The notes under the pieces: model-generated
What the model was told of the DNA's origin: nothing
What the model saw: only the letters and a program-made list of their open reading frames with translations
The model's database searches: none
Made by a program: the position numbers and the translations under genes
In this document: positions 34,106 to 45,076 of the stretch, piece after piece
Numbering within the stretch: the stretch's first letter is position 1
Layout of the letters: the number at the start of each line of letters is the position of its first letter
IMG/VR virus record: IMGVR_UViG_3300009184_005291
Span: 1 to 64,000 of that record
Reading direction: 5' to 3' (one strand)
Source: a virus
DNA: 64,000 bases

Positions 34106-35437
34106 ATGGCTAAGAAATTAAAAGAACAAATAGATTACGGAAATACTCCTGAAAGAATGGACCCTAATCTTGAAAGAAAATTAGGAGATCCTGAAAGTCT
34201 ATATGCTCAGAACCCTGCAATGAAAAAAGGAGCTGAAGATGTTCAGAGGTTAGTTAGCCAAAGATTTCAGAAAGTTGCGGACAAACTGAGACAAGTTACC
34301 GGAATTGGAAATCTTAACTCCAAACAAGTTCAAGGAATGATTTATCAGGAAATGATGAGTAAACTTCCAAGAATTATGTCAATCGAAGCCCGCCATAAAG
34401 ATGAATTAATTCAATTAGCAATTGACGCTAGTTTGGAGGAGGGTGAGGTTCCTGAAAACACCTATCAGATTGAAGGATTTTTAGGTGAAAGTATTGACGC
34501 TTCGAATTTTAGATATCAACCTGACGAAGAAGAGGACGAAGAAGAAGAGGATGACGAAGATGAAAAAATGAGTATCCCTTCTTTTGATGTCGAAGATTTA
34601 ACCGATGAAGAAGAATTAGAATTAGAAAAACACAAAAGAAATATAATTAACGCTATCATTCAAGGAGCGGCAAAAAAAGGACATTACCTTTTTCAGAAGC
34701 CCAATGTGAAGGCAAGATTAGATGCAATTGACCCATCACTATATCCAAGTTATTTGGGTATAATGGCAATAAACGACTTTATGTACTTCACCATGGAACA
34801 GATGATTGAAATGATGAGTCAGACCGGTCAAGGTGTCGCAGGTAAAATGTCATTAGAAGATGCTGATGATGAAGGTGGAGAAGGTGATGATGATGCCCCC
34901 GACACAAAAATTGTTGCAGAAGGAATGATTTTTCCAATTTTGTGCCATGAGATTATCAAAGGATTAGAGGCGGTTAAAGGTAGATACGGACAATCACAAA
35001 ATCCAAGTATCAGACAAAAAGTGAAAGGTGCCGTGGATTTGTTATCAAACGAACCAATGCAACTTAGAATCGGTCCTGAAATTGTAGAAAAAATTAGACT
35101 TGCATTACCTGATGAGATGTTCTCTGAGTCAAATAAGGGATTAATCAATTGGTTTCATATTTCATTATATCAGTTAGCCGCTCAAGAATTTTTACAACTT
35201 ATGGGAGATGTTATCTCTGCAGATGGATCTAAAGTCAAAAGAGCGACTTCAAGATTTAGGGAAATTATGAAAGAAGCGATGCAACTTAAGGCGGAATATG
35301 ACGAGTATGTTGCCAGCAAAGAAGAGGAAGAAATGGGAGATTTCTTAGGAAGTTTAGGGCCTAATGAACCTGATGATGACGATGACGATTTTCTCGATGA
35401 TTTCTTAGGTAGTATGAACATATCAAGACCTAAATAA
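34106..35437 (+). CDS. acidic hypothetical protein upstream of terminase
   Basis: 443 aa ORF. Confidence 0.7.
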   Translation: MAKKLKEQIDYGNTPERMDPNLERKLGDPESLYAQNPAMKKGAEDVQRLVSQRFQKVADKLRQVTGIGNLNSKQVQGMIYQEMMSKLPRIMSIEARHKDELIQLAIDASLEEGEVPENTYQIEGFLGESIDASNFRYQPDEEEDEEEEDDEDEKMSIPSFDVEDLTDEEELELEKHKRNIINAIIQGAAKKGHYLFQKPNVKARLDAIDPSLYPSYLGIMAINDFMYFTMEQMIEMMSQTGQGVAGKMSLEDADDEGGEGDDDAPDTKIVAEGMIFPILCHEIIKGLEAVKGRYGQSQNPSIRQKVKGAVDLLSNEPMQLRIGPEIVEKIRLALPDEMFSESNKGLINWFHISLYQLAAQEFLQLMGDVISADGSKVKRATSRFREIMKEAMQLKAEYDEYVASKEEEEMGDFLGSLGPNEPDDDDDDFLDDFLGSMNISRPK

Positions 35438-35445
35438 TTCAGTGT

Positions 35446-37206
35446 GTGAACAAAGAACAATTAATTATAGAATATACGAAGTGTATGAGGAGTACTCCTT
35501 ATGCACTTCGTTCTTATTTACAGACATACGATAATACAGTATCAAAGTATGTCCCATTAGAACTTTTTCCTGACCAAGTTTCACTACTTGAAGATTACGA
35601 AAGCTACAACGAAAACATTGCATTAAAATACAGACAAGCGGGGGTTTCAACTGTAACCGCGGCTTGGGCGTCAAAAAAACTTGCGTTTGCAAGAAAGGAA
35701 AAACCTGAAAAAGTTCTAATCATCGCCAACAAGTTGGATACTTCTGTGGAAATGGCCAACAAAATAAGGGCATTTATTGAACAATGGCCTGATTGGGTTG
35801 ATATAAGATTCTCTGTGGAAAAAAACTCCCAAAGACATTTCAAACTAAATAATGGATGTGAAGTTAAAGCGGTGGCAACATCCAAAGATGCTCTTAGAGG
35901 TTATACACCAACAATTCTTATTTTTGACGAAGCCGCCTTTATCGAGGCAGATGGAGACTTTTGGTCTGCTTGTATGGCTTCACTATCCACGGGTGGTAAA
36001 GTTATTGTAGTTTCCACACCAAACGGTTACGACCCAATCTATTATGAAATATATGACCAAGCATTAAGAGGAATGAATGATTTCAAAATCTCTGAAATGT
36101 TTTGGTATCGAGACCCTCGTTATACCAAAGATTTGTACATGGTAAAGACAAATGATTTGGTTCATTATCTTTTGAATCGAGAAGATTATCCAATAGATAC
36201 CGTAATTAACTTATCCAATAATAATCCTTATGATAGAGACCATACTATTGTAACAGATTATATTTCCCAAGGATATAAACCTTGTTCTGCATGGTTTGAG
36301 GGAATGGTAAAAAAGCTCAAGTACGATAGACGTAAAGTTGCTCAAGAACTTGAATGTAACTTCTTAGGATCGGGTGATAACGTATTCGATTCAGATCTAA
36401 TGCAGAACATTTCCAAAAACCAATTAAGACCTCCACAAGCTAAACTTATGGGTAACGCTCTGTGGATTTTTAAGGAACCTGTAAATGGACATAAATATGT
36501 TATGGGGGTTGACGTTTCTCGTGGTGACTCTGAGGATTTTTCATCAATCCAAATTATTGATTTTGATGAACGGGAACAAGTATTAGAATATGTTGGTAAA
36601 ATCCCTCCCGATGTTTTAGCAGAAATTGCTTATAAGTGGGGGACAATGTACAATGCATTCTGTGTAATTGATATTACAGGAGGTATGGGAGTTTCAACCG
36701 CCAGAAAAATGCAAGAATTACAATATCAACCCGGATTGTATGTTGATGGAGTCGATACTTCTAACAAATGGAAGTGGGACCCGAAAATAAATGAAAAAAT
36801 TCCTGGTATCAACTTCAACACAAAAAGAGTTCAAATTATAGCCGCATTTGAAGAGGGGGTTAGACACGGATTTAAGATATATTCACATAGAACGTATAAT
36901 GAGATGAATACCTTTGTATATATTCATGGAAGACCTGATCACCAAAAAGGACAACATGATGATTGTATCATGGGTCTTTCCATGGCAATTTATGTTGCAG
37001 AGAAGTCATTTCAGTCATTAACAAAAGTTGTTAACCACACAAAAGCCATGTTGAATTCGTGGTCTACTGTGATGAATGAAAATAAAAATACTTCAGATTT
37101 TTTTAATCCATTGGTACCTCAGATGGGAAGAGACTCCAACTTGAGTAATAATGGGGCATCCAAAGCGGATTACCAAAAATATGGTTGGTTATTTGGTGCT
37201 AAATAA
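35446..37206 (+). CDS. terminase large subunit (T4 gp17-like)
   Basis: KYRQAGVST Walker A, LIFDEAAF Walker B, VSTPNG, GVDVSRG and HDDCIM nuclease motifs. Confidence 0.95.
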   Translation: MNKEQLIIEYTKCMRSTPYALRSYLQTYDNTVSKYVPLELFPDQVSLLEDYESYNENIALKYRQAGVSTVTAAWASKKLAFARKEKPEKVLIIANKLDTSVEMANKIRAFIEQWPDWVDIRFSVEKNSQRHFKLNNGCEVKAVATSKDALRGYTPTILIFDEAAFIEADGDFWSACMASLSTGGKVIVVSTPNGYDPIYYEIYDQALRGMNDFKISEMFWYRDPRYTKDLYMVKTNDLVHYLLNREDYPIDTVINLSNNNPYDRDHTIVTDYISQGYKPCSAWFEGMVKKLKYDRRKVAQELECNFLGSGDNVFDSDLMQNISKNQLRPPQAKLMGNALWIFKEPVNGHKYVMGVDVSRGDSEDFSSIQIIDFDEREQVLEYVGKIPPDVLAEIAYKWGTMYNAFCVIDITGGMGVSTARKMQELQYQPGLYVDGVDTSNKWKWDPKINEKIPGINFNTKRVQIIAAFEEGVRHGFKIYSHRTYNEMNTFVYIHGRPDHQKGQHDDCIMGLSMAIYVAEKSFQSLTKVVNHTKAMLNSWSTVMNENKNTSDFFNPLVPQMGRDSNLSNNGASKADYQKYGWLFGAK

Positions 37207-37242
37207 CTATTTATATTACTGAGGTAAAGAGTAAATTAGATT

Positions 37243-39087
37243 ATGGCAGAACAAAATATGACGGTTTGGCAAAGACTGTCACAAACATTTGGACCTAACT
37301 CATTATTAAATCAAGACTATCCAACATTCAAGTTTGATAAAAAGGAACTCCTACGCACAAAAAGTAGAGAGGAGTATGAGAAAGAAAAACTTCAAGCACA
37401 ACAAACATATTATCTTACCAATCAGTGGTCTAAGGTTGAAAATAACCTTTATTCTCAGGCGATTTATTATGAACCTACAAGGTTATCTGCTCAGTATGAC
37501 TACGAATCAATGGAATACACTCCTGAGATTTCCGCAGCATTAGACATTTATGCCGAAGAGTCAACTACAACAAATGAGGACGGTTTCATATTACAAATTT
37601 ATTCAGAATCTAAAAGAATTAAGGGAGTTCTTGCCGATTTATTTAACAATGCTTTAGACATCAACACCAATTTACCTATGTGGACAAGAAACACATGTAA
37701 ATATGGTGATAACTTTGTATATCTGAAATTAGACCCTGAAAAAGGAATTGTTGGGGTACAACAATTACCGACTATTGAAATTGAAAGACATGAGGTTGGA
37801 GCAAGTGGTAAAATATCTGTCGATGTAAAAAATGAAGTAGATAAAGATAAAAAGGCGTTACACTTCACATGGAAAAATAAAAATATGGAATTCCAATCTT
37901 GGGAAATTGCTCACTTCAGATTATTAGGTGATGACAGAAAACTTCCATATGGAACTTCCATGTTAGAAAAAGCAAGACGTATTTGGAAACAACTTTTACT
38001 ATCAGAAGATGCGATGTTAATTTATCGTACATCAAGAGCCCCTGAGAGAAGAATGTTCAAAGTATTCGTTGGAAACATGAATGATGACGATGTTGAGGCT
38101 TATGTACAACGTGTTGCCAACAAGTTCAAAAGAGAACAAATTGTTGATAGTAAAACAGGTAACGTAGATATGAGATTCAATCAAATGGCGGTTGACCAAG
38201 ATTATTTTATTCCTGTAAGAGACCCCGCAGCGCCAGACCCAATCTCAACATTACCTGGAGCAACTAACTTATCTGAAATTGCCGATATTGAATATATCCA
38301 AAAGAAATTGTTAACCGCCCTCCGAGTACCAAAGGCTTTCTTAGGATTTGAAGAAGTTGTTGGTGATGGTAAAAATTTGGCGTTACAAGATATACGATTT
38401 GCTCGTACCATCAACAGAATTCAAAAGAGTATGATTGCCGAATTGAATAAAATTGCAATTGTACATTTATTTTTATTAGGATTTGAAGACGAACTTTCAA
38501 ATTTCACAATTGGATTAACAAATCCATCTACTCAAGCGGATTTACTTAAAATTGATGTTTGGAAAGAGAAAGTATTATTGTATAAAGATTTGGTTTCTGA
38601 TCCAGGAAATGGAATTCAGGCAACTTCATCTACATGGGCTAAGAAGCATATTTTTGGATGGTCAGATGACGAAGTTCGTTTGGACTTACAACAACAAAGA
38701 ATTGAAAGAGCCGTTGGAGAAGAATTAAAAGCGACTCCAACTGTTATAACAAAAACTGGATTGTTTGATAATATTGACAAATTATATGGTAGCCAAACAG
38801 GGTCAACACCAACGGCAGGAGCTTCTACGACAATGGACGGAGGAGAGGAATTAGGATCTCCACCATCATTTGGAGGAGGTGGTGGTGAGATACCTGGAGG
38901 AGAACCCGAGTTACCTCCAGCAGGTGAAGCTCCTCCCGCCGAAATAACACCAGAATCAAGGAAAAAAGATCTAAATATTTTAGTGGAAAATAATTTAATT
39001 GAAGGGTCTCGAATAATAAATTTGGGTCAGGGACAAGATTCTTTAGGAGAAATTTCAAAACACTTAGATAAGTTATTAAATTCATAA
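37243..39087 (+). CDS. portal protein (T4 gp20-like)
   Basis: EDAMLIYRTSRAPERRMF, DYFIPVR, TLPGATNL, ALRVPK. Confidence 0.95.
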   Translation: MAEQNMTVWQRLSQTFGPNSLLNQDYPTFKFDKKELLRTKSREEYEKEKLQAQQTYYLTNQWSKVENNLYSQAIYYEPTRLSAQYDYESMEYTPEISAALDIYAEESTTTNEDGFILQIYSESKRIKGVLADLFNNALDINTNLPMWTRNTCKYGDNFVYLKLDPEKGIVGVQQLPTIEIERHEVGASGKISVDVKNEVDKDKKALHFTWKNKNMEFQSWEIAHFRLLGDDRKLPYGTSMLEKARRIWKQLLLSEDAMLIYRTSRAPERRMFKVFVGNMNDDDVEAYVQRVANKFKREQIVDSKTGNVDMRFNQMAVDQDYFIPVRDPAAPDPISTLPGATNLSEIADIEYIQKKLLTALRVPKAFLGFEEVVGDGKNLALQDIRFARTINRIQKSMIAELNKIAIVHLFLLGFEDELSNFTIGLTNPSTQADLLKIDVWKEKVLLYKDLVSDPGNGIQATSSTWAKKHIFGWSDDEVRLDLQQQRIERAVGEELKATPTVITKTGLFDNIDKLYGSQTGSTPTAGASTTMDGGEELGSPPSFGGGGGEIPGGEPELPPAGEAPPAEITPESRKKDLNILVENNLIEGSRIINLGQGQDSLGEISKHLDKLLNS

Positions 39088-39108
39088 TATTTATTTGAAA
39101 AAGACACA

Positions 39109-39807
39109 ATGACCTTCGGAATAGTAAAATCCCTAATAGAAAAAAATCTCTTGGAATCATACAAAAATGAAATGGAATTCAAGAAGACTTTACGAGAATT
39201 CAAACACAACGTTTTGAATAATAAAGCTATGTCTAAAGCGTACGACATTTATAGTCAACTGAGTTCACCTCAAGGTTTAGGTGAACAAGATGCAAAAGAT
39301 TTTATTGAAGAAGGGATTTCTTTATTAAACAAAATTTTACCAAGTATTAAACTTCCAATTACTCTTTCCGAAAAAACTGAAAACAATTATACCGAAATTG
39401 ATACATTAGTTTATAACCAAGGTGTTAATTTACTTGAAAGATTAAATGCGAAGAAAAATATTTTGAAGGTGGTTACATCAACTAAAGAAACAATTAAAGA
39501 AAATATTAATATTCCGATTAGTTCTATGGTTACCATAGCAAACCAAACAGTTAATAACTACATACTTAGTTTAGATGAAAATTCTAAAAAAGAATTTTTT
39601 CAAATAGTTTCTGAAGATGTCAAAACTTTGGAAGCAAAATTTGAAACAATTAAGGAAAGTGCAATATCTAAATTGACGGAACTCCAAAATAGTGAAGATT
39701 CGCAAGATATTAAAACAAAAATTTCAGAAACAATCGATAAAGTTAAGTCTGAAAAGTTTGACCAATTGAATTTTTTGAAATTAAAAAATTTGGAAGAATC
39801 AATTTGA
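39109..39807 (+). CDS. hypothetical head-module protein
   Basis: 232 aa helical ORF after portal. Confidence 0.7.
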   Translation: MTFGIVKSLIEKNLLESYKNEMEFKKTLREFKHNVLNNKAMSKAYDIYSQLSSPQGLGEQDAKDFIEEGISLLNKILPSIKLPITLSEKTENNYTEIDTLVYNQGVNLLERLNAKKNILKVVTSTKETIKENINIPISSMVTIANQTVNNYILSLDENSKKEFFQIVSEDVKTLEAKFETIKESAISKLTELQNSEDSQDIKTKISETIDKVKSEKFDQLNFLKLKNLEESI

Positions 39808-39990
39808 TTGGTCTTTAATACTTTGAATATATTTCGCTTTTAGAATCTGTGCTCTTCTAAGTACAGATTTTTTTGTATATTCTCTTTTCTCGAATAAAAT
39901 CTGATTTTGCTTTGTTTTGATTACTTTTGACTTTAGGGTTTTGAGGGCTTTCTCAATATTGTTACCCTGATTAATTTTAATTATTATCAT
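39799..39990 (-). CDS. rpsU: ribosomal protein bS21
   Basis: 63 aa basic; NIEKALKTLKSKV...EKREYTKKSVLRR matches bS21 pattern. Confidence 0.85.
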   Translation of the reverse strand: MIIIKINQGNNIEKALKTLKSKVIKTKQNQILFEKREYTKKSVLRRAQILKAKYIQSIKDQSN

Positions 39991-40089
39991 ATATTAGAAA
40001 TATCTTCAAGTATAAAAAAATTTTGACATTTATGTATATATTGTATATTTTTTCATTAACAAAAATAAACATACGTAATATCATTATTA

Positions 40090-40527
40090 ATGAAAAAAGG
40101 AAAAAGTGTTAAACTTAACCTATTCAATCCTATTAAGTCCCAATACGGGACAGTAGATTCCAAAAACTTAAAATCGGTTTATATAAATATTCAATCATGG
40201 GTTACACCAAAAGATGAGTTAGATAATTGGAACCGAATTGTATCTGGTTTAGGAAGAGAAATAAAAAATTCAGTTTTTGAATCAATTGATTCAAAAATTT
40301 TTCAAGAAAAAAATATTGTTGATTTGGACCTAAGAACAAGTGGAATTTCTAAAGGGAAAAAATCATTTTTCAACTTAGAAATTAATCTATACACTCTCCG
40401 AGAGATGGATTTCAAATCTGATGAAATAAAAGAATCCATAAAAAACATTGTCAAATCAATCTATAAAAATAACGTAGTTCAGAACAAATACTTCGAATTT
40501 TCAATTTCTAAAAAAGACGAAATTTAG
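40090..40527 (+). CDS. hypothetical protein
   Basis: 145 aa ORF. Confidence 0.7.
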   Translation: MKKGKSVKLNLFNPIKSQYGTVDSKNLKSVYINIQSWVTPKDELDNWNRIVSGLGREIKNSVFESIDSKIFQEKNIVDLDLRTSGISKGKKSFFNLEINLYTLREMDFKSDEIKESIKNIVKSIYKNNVVQNKYFEFSISKKDEI

Positions 40528-40566
40528 CAAACTATCTGAATCCGTATATTTATCTTAAAAGATTAG

Positions 40567-41283
40567 ATGAAAAATTTAAGAATTTTAGAAGCGAGCGAGC
40601 TTGGCCACGGTATATTAATTGAAATGGACGCTGGTTGGGTTTCTCCGAAAGATGCTCAGAATATTGACATTATAAAAGAAGCATCCAATTTAGATTATAG
40701 AAATCCATTTGAATTTTACGCAGTACTTCAAAAATATGATACTCCAAATAGAAATGGTAGAACATATCCTGAGAGGATTCTAAAAAGAGAGGCAGATAGA
40801 TATAAACAATCTATTTCTAAGGGGTTGTCAACATCTGAATTAAATCACCCTGAATCATCATTAATTGACTTGGACAGAGTATCTCACATCATTACCGATA
40901 TATGGTGGGATAAAAATATACTCATGGGAAAACTCAAATTATTGACATCTCCAGGGTTTCACGAAAGAGGGATTGTTTCGACTAAAGGAGACCAAGCCGC
41001 CAACCTAATGAGACAAGGGGTAACTTTAGGTATTTCTTCAAGAGGTGTTGGGTCGTTGAAGAAAGTAGGAGAAAGAAATGAAGTACAAGATGACTTTGAA
41101 CTAATCTGTTTTGATTTGGTATCTTCACCTTCAACTCCAGGAGCATATCTTTTTACTAATCCTGATGAACGAAGTAAATATGAAGAAAATTTAGAGGAGG
41201 AAATAAAATCTAAACAAAATAATGAGTACGCTGAAAAGTCAGTTGACTTAATGAAAAAATTAGACGATTTTTTAAGAAAATAA
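40567..41283 (+). CDS. prohead core protease (T4 gp21-like)
   Basis: NRNGRTYP, ELNHP, GISSRGVGS, FDLVSSPS. Confidence 0.93.
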   Translation: MKNLRILEASELGHGILIEMDAGWVSPKDAQNIDIIKEASNLDYRNPFEFYAVLQKYDTPNRNGRTYPERILKREADRYKQSISKGLSTSELNHPESSLIDLDRVSHIITDIWWDKNILMGKLKLLTSPGFHERGIVSTKGDQAANLMRQGVTLGISSRGVGSLKKVGERNEVQDDFELICFDLVSSPSTPGAYLFTNPDERSKYEENLEEEIKSKQNNEYAEKSVDLMKKLDDFLRK

Positions 41284-41287
41284 AATT

Positions 41288-41497
41288 ATGGAAGAAAAAT
41301 ATTTTGTAGCAAAAATTCAGTACGATTTTCCTGATGAAAACACAGGTAAGATTAAAAAAGTTAGAGAAGAGAAACTAGTAAAAGGTTACTCTGTCACAGA
41401 CGTTGAAGCAAAAGTAACCAAGAAATATGAGGGGTTCACTCATGATTGGAGAATCACTGCTGTGTCTGAAAGTAAAATCGACGAGGTAATTGAGTAA
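41288..41497 (+). CDS. small conserved protein (DUF4494-like)
   Basis: GKIKKVREEKLVKGYSVTDVEAKV...SESKIDEV (recalled). Confidence 0.6.
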   Translation: MEEKYFVAKIQYDFPDENTGKIKKVREEKLVKGYSVTDVEAKVTKKYEGFTHDWRITAVSESKIDEVIE

Positions 41498-41622
41498 TCA
41501 ACATTATTAAACTGAAACAAATGAAGTGGTCTATTGACCACTTTTTTTATTTTAGGGATATCGTGAAATGACTTTTTTTCATTTTGGTACTATTTATATG
41601 ATAAATTAAACAATTTTTTTCT

Positions 41623-43161
41623 ATGCAAGAAAATAAAAACTTAGTACAGGAGGCGTTAATTCAAATGAAAAATGTTGAAGAAGCTATCGCCCAGAACGCA
41701 AAAGGAATACTTGCTTCTACTATGAAGGAAGAAATCAACCAATTAGTAAAAGAATCTCTATCAGAACAAGACATGGAAGATGAGGTTGAATTAGATACAG
41801 ACATCGAAATGGATGAACCTGTTGATAATGAAGATGATATGGAAATGGACATGGAATTTGACATGGACATGGATATGGATTCAGAAGAAAGTCCAATAGA
41901 TTTGACTGACGCTTCTGACGAAGAAATTCTGAAGGTGTTCAAGGCCATGGGTGAAGAAGATGGCATCATCGTAAAAAAAGATGGTGAAGATATTCACTTA
42001 ACCGATAATGACACCGATTCTGAATACTTAGTTAAGCTTGGTGAGTCTGAAGAAGACGAAGAAGAATTAGACGAAACAATGCACATGGATGAAATGGATG
42101 ACATGGATCTTGACACAGAAGATGTTATCAATGCAATTTTCTCTAAAGATGGCGATGTTGAAGACATCGACATGGAGGATGAAGAAGTTATGTACGAAAT
42201 TGAATTTAACGAAGAAGATGATGACATGATGGAACAAGAAGATGATGACATGATGGAAGAAGAAGATGACGACATGATGGAAGAAGAAGATTTGGACGAA
42301 TCTTACAACCACAGAAGATCTGTTAGAGAAGGTAAATCGACAGTAAAACCTAAGGGTGTTGGAATTGGGTCTGGACCAAAATTCACTTACAAAGATAAAG
42401 CTAAAGGCGGATTCGATGAAAAGAAGAAAGAAGGACCAAAATCAGTTGGTACTGGTAAACCAAAATTCGAATACAAGAAAGGTGAAAATATGGAACAAAA
42501 ATCCAAAGTTGTTAAGGCAGAAACAAAAGAAGGTCAAGGATACAAAGACAAAGAGGATGAAAGATTGGCAATGAAACATGGTAAAATTGCTTCAAAAGAT
42601 CTTAAAACTACTAAGGCTCGTAGAGATGACGCAGGTTTTGAAAAAAGAGAAACCAAAGAGGCGGCTAGAACTTATGGAATGGGTTCAAAAGAAGGACGAG
42701 GACTAAGAAAAGGTATTACTAATAACAGAAATTATGTTTATGGTAAAAACGGAGTAAAAGTTGAATCCACAGAATCAGAAGTTAATGTGTTGAGAGAAAA
42801 GAATGAAGAGTACAGAAAAGCATTAAATATTTTCAGAGAAAAACTTAATGAAGTTGCTATCTTCAACTCAAACTTGGCATATGCTACAAGATTGTTCACT
42901 GAACATTCGACCACTAAAAAAGAGAAAATTAATATTCTTAGAAGATTCGATAATGTAGATACTTTGAAAGAATCTAAAAATCTTTATAGGTCAATTAAAG
43001 ATGAATTGTCTAAAACTGAAAGTACACCAATTAACGAATCAGTAGAAGCTAAATTAAACAAGAATGTTTCTACAGGTTCATCAACTACCCTAATTGAATC
43101 AAAAACTTATGAGAATCCTCAATTCTTAAGAATGAAAGATTTGATGAGTAAAATTGGGTAA
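41623..43161 (+). CDS. prohead scaffold/core protein
   Basis: Very acidic with coiled-coil C-terminus; between protease and MCP. Confidence 0.75.
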   Translation: MQENKNLVQEALIQMKNVEEAIAQNAKGILASTMKEEINQLVKESLSEQDMEDEVELDTDIEMDEPVDNEDDMEMDMEFDMDMDMDSEESPIDLTDASDEEILKVFKAMGEEDGIIVKKDGEDIHLTDNDTDSEYLVKLGESEEDEEELDETMHMDEMDDMDLDTEDVINAIFSKDGDVEDIDMEDEEVMYEIEFNEEDDDMMEQEDDDMMEEEDDDMMEEEDLDESYNHRRSVREGKSTVKPKGVGIGSGPKFTYKDKAKGGFDEKKKEGPKSVGTGKPKFEYKKGENMEQKSKVVKAETKEGQGYKDKEDERLAMKHGKIASKDLKTTKARRDDAGFEKRETKEAARTYGMGSKEGRGLRKGITNNRNYVYGKNGVKVESTESEVNVLREKNEEYRKALNIFREKLNEVAIFNSNLAYATRLFTEHSTTKKEKINILRRFDNVDTLKESKNLYRSIKDELSKTESTPINESVEAKLNKNVSTGSSTTLIESKTYENPQFLRMKDLMSKIG

Positions 43162-43203
43162 TCAAAATTAAATAAACAAATAAAACAAAACAAAATACTA
43201 AAA

Positions 43204-44997
43204 ATGGGAGCATTATTAGAATCAGGTCTTGTAGGTAACATCGGTCTTAAGCACCTTAAAGTTATCAAAGAAGACACAATCAACAAATGGGACAAATTAG
43301 GATTCTTAGAGGGTCTTAAGGGTCACATGAGAGAGAACGTAGCTCAACTTTATGAAAACCAAGCTTCTCACTTAATCAACGAAGCATCATCTACATCTGA
43401 TACAGGTGCATTTGAGACAGTGGTTTTCCCTATCGTTAGAAGAGTTTTCTCTAAATTATTAGCAAACGATATCGTTTCAGTACAAGCAATGAACTTACCA
43501 ATCGGTAAATTATTCTACTTCGTACCTAACATCCAATCTTATGAGAATGGACAGAATCAACACTGGGCTCCTTACGGATCACCAAACGCTGCGGCTGACC
43601 AAACTCCTAATTCAGGATATGATTACAACTTAACTAAAGACCTTTACGATAGATTCTACGAAGGTAACGAACCAGCGTTGGATCCACCAGGTTTATTCGA
43701 CTATTCAAAAGGACAGTTTTCAGCGATTACTGCTGACGTTACAACTGTAGCATGGGCTGGAAGCAACTTGATTCCTTCAGCGTATACTCTTTCTGATTAC
43801 AGAAAAGTATTGATAGTTATGTCAGGTTTTGCTTCTGATGGAGCAGGTAAGTTAATTGGTCCTGATGGTCAACCAATGGATAACGAAGCATTCTTATCTG
43901 ATTTGACTGTTTATGGTTCAGCTGGTAACGTTTACACTTCAGCTAACACATCAAACCCTTACTTATTCAGAGTTGTAACTCAGAGATATGGTAAAGGTAT
44001 TGTAGAATATGGTAATAACAACCAAACGTTGGTATTCCCTAACAGTAAGACAGATGGTGGTCAGTTTGACAACGTTTGTGACGCTGAAGGTAAAATCTAC
44101 TTAGAAGTTGATTTACAAGTACCAGTATGTATCACTTGCGGTGGTTCATTAGATGGTTACACTGGTTCAACATTCGCGTCAACAATCGCAACTAACTCTC
44201 AAGCATTCTCAGCAACTTATAGAATCTATAAGAACTTGGAATTCGAAGACAGAATTGGTGAAGTTTCTTTTGACCTTATGTCAGTAACAGTTTCTGTAAC
44301 TGAAAGAAAATTAAGAGCTCAGTGGTCTCCAGAAATGGCTCAGGACGTTGCGGCATTCCACAACATCGACGCTGAAGCTGAATTAACAGCATTGTTATCT
44401 GAGCAAGTTGCTGCTGAAATCGATAGAGAAATCTTGAGAGACCTTAGAAAAGCTGCAGCTTGGAACTTAAGATGGGATTACAATGGATGGAAGAGATTAG
44501 GTTCTTCTGCAGTACCTTATACTCAGAAAGACTGGAACCAAACTCTTATCACAGCAATCAACCAAATTTCTGCACAAATCCACAAGTCAACATTGAGAGG
44601 TGGAGCTAACTGGATCGTTGTTTCTTCTGAAATCAGTGCTATCTTTGATGACTTGGAATACTTCCACGTATCAAACGCAGCTCCTGAGCAGGATCAGTAC
44701 AACATGGGTATTGAAAGAGTTGGTACATTAGCAGGTCGTTACCAAGTGTATAGAGACCCTTACTTCCCACCTAACCAAGTGTTGATGGGTCACAAAGGAA
44801 CTTCTCTATTGGACACAGGTTACATCTACGCACCGTATGTACCTCTACAATTAACTCCTACAATGTACAATCCGTTTAACTTTACTCCGATTAAGGGTAT
44901 TATGACGAGATACGCTAAGAAAGTTGTCAACAATCGCTTTTACGGACGAATTACAGTTGATGGTGTTAGAACATTTGACTTGAGAGAATTGAGATAA
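43204..44997 (+). CDS. major capsid protein (T4 gp23-like)
   Basis: PIVRRVF, RKLRAQWSPEMAQD, EIDREI, YAPYVPL, GIMTRY. Confidence 0.96.
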   Translation: MGALLESGLVGNIGLKHLKVIKEDTINKWDKLGFLEGLKGHMRENVAQLYENQASHLINEASSTSDTGAFETVVFPIVRRVFSKLLANDIVSVQAMNLPIGKLFYFVPNIQSYENGQNQHWAPYGSPNAAADQTPNSGYDYNLTKDLYDRFYEGNEPALDPPGLFDYSKGQFSAITADVTTVAWAGSNLIPSAYTLSDYRKVLIVMSGFASDGAGKLIGPDGQPMDNEAFLSDLTVYGSAGNVYTSANTSNPYLFRVVTQRYGKGIVEYGNNNQTLVFPNSKTDGGQFDNVCDAEGKIYLEVDLQVPVCITCGGSLDGYTGSTFASTIATNSQAFSATYRIYKNLEFEDRIGEVSFDLMSVTVSVTERKLRAQWSPEMAQDVAAFHNIDAEAELTALLSEQVAAEIDREILRDLRKAAAWNLRWDYNGWKRLGSSAVPYTQKDWNQTLITAINQISAQIHKSTLRGGANWIVVSSEISAIFDDLEYFHVSNAAPEQDQYNMGIERVGTLAGRYQVYRDPYFPPNQVLMGHKGTSLLDTGYIYAPYVPLQLTPTMYNPFNFTPIKGIMTRYAKKVVNNRFYGRITVDGVRTFDLRELR

Positions 44998-45076
44998 TCG
45001 AAATTTCGATATGGTAAAAAGGGACAAGAAATTGTCCCTTTTTTTATGTTCTGATATTTATAATAAATTGTATATT

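Noticed and set aside
42215-42290. GAAGATGATGACATGATG triplication
   Set aside because: Coding low-complexity EEDDDMM repeat in the scaffold protein
35446-44997. Inteins or introns in terminase, portal or capsid genes
   Set aside because: ORFs are continuous, of ordinary length and lack intein splice motifs
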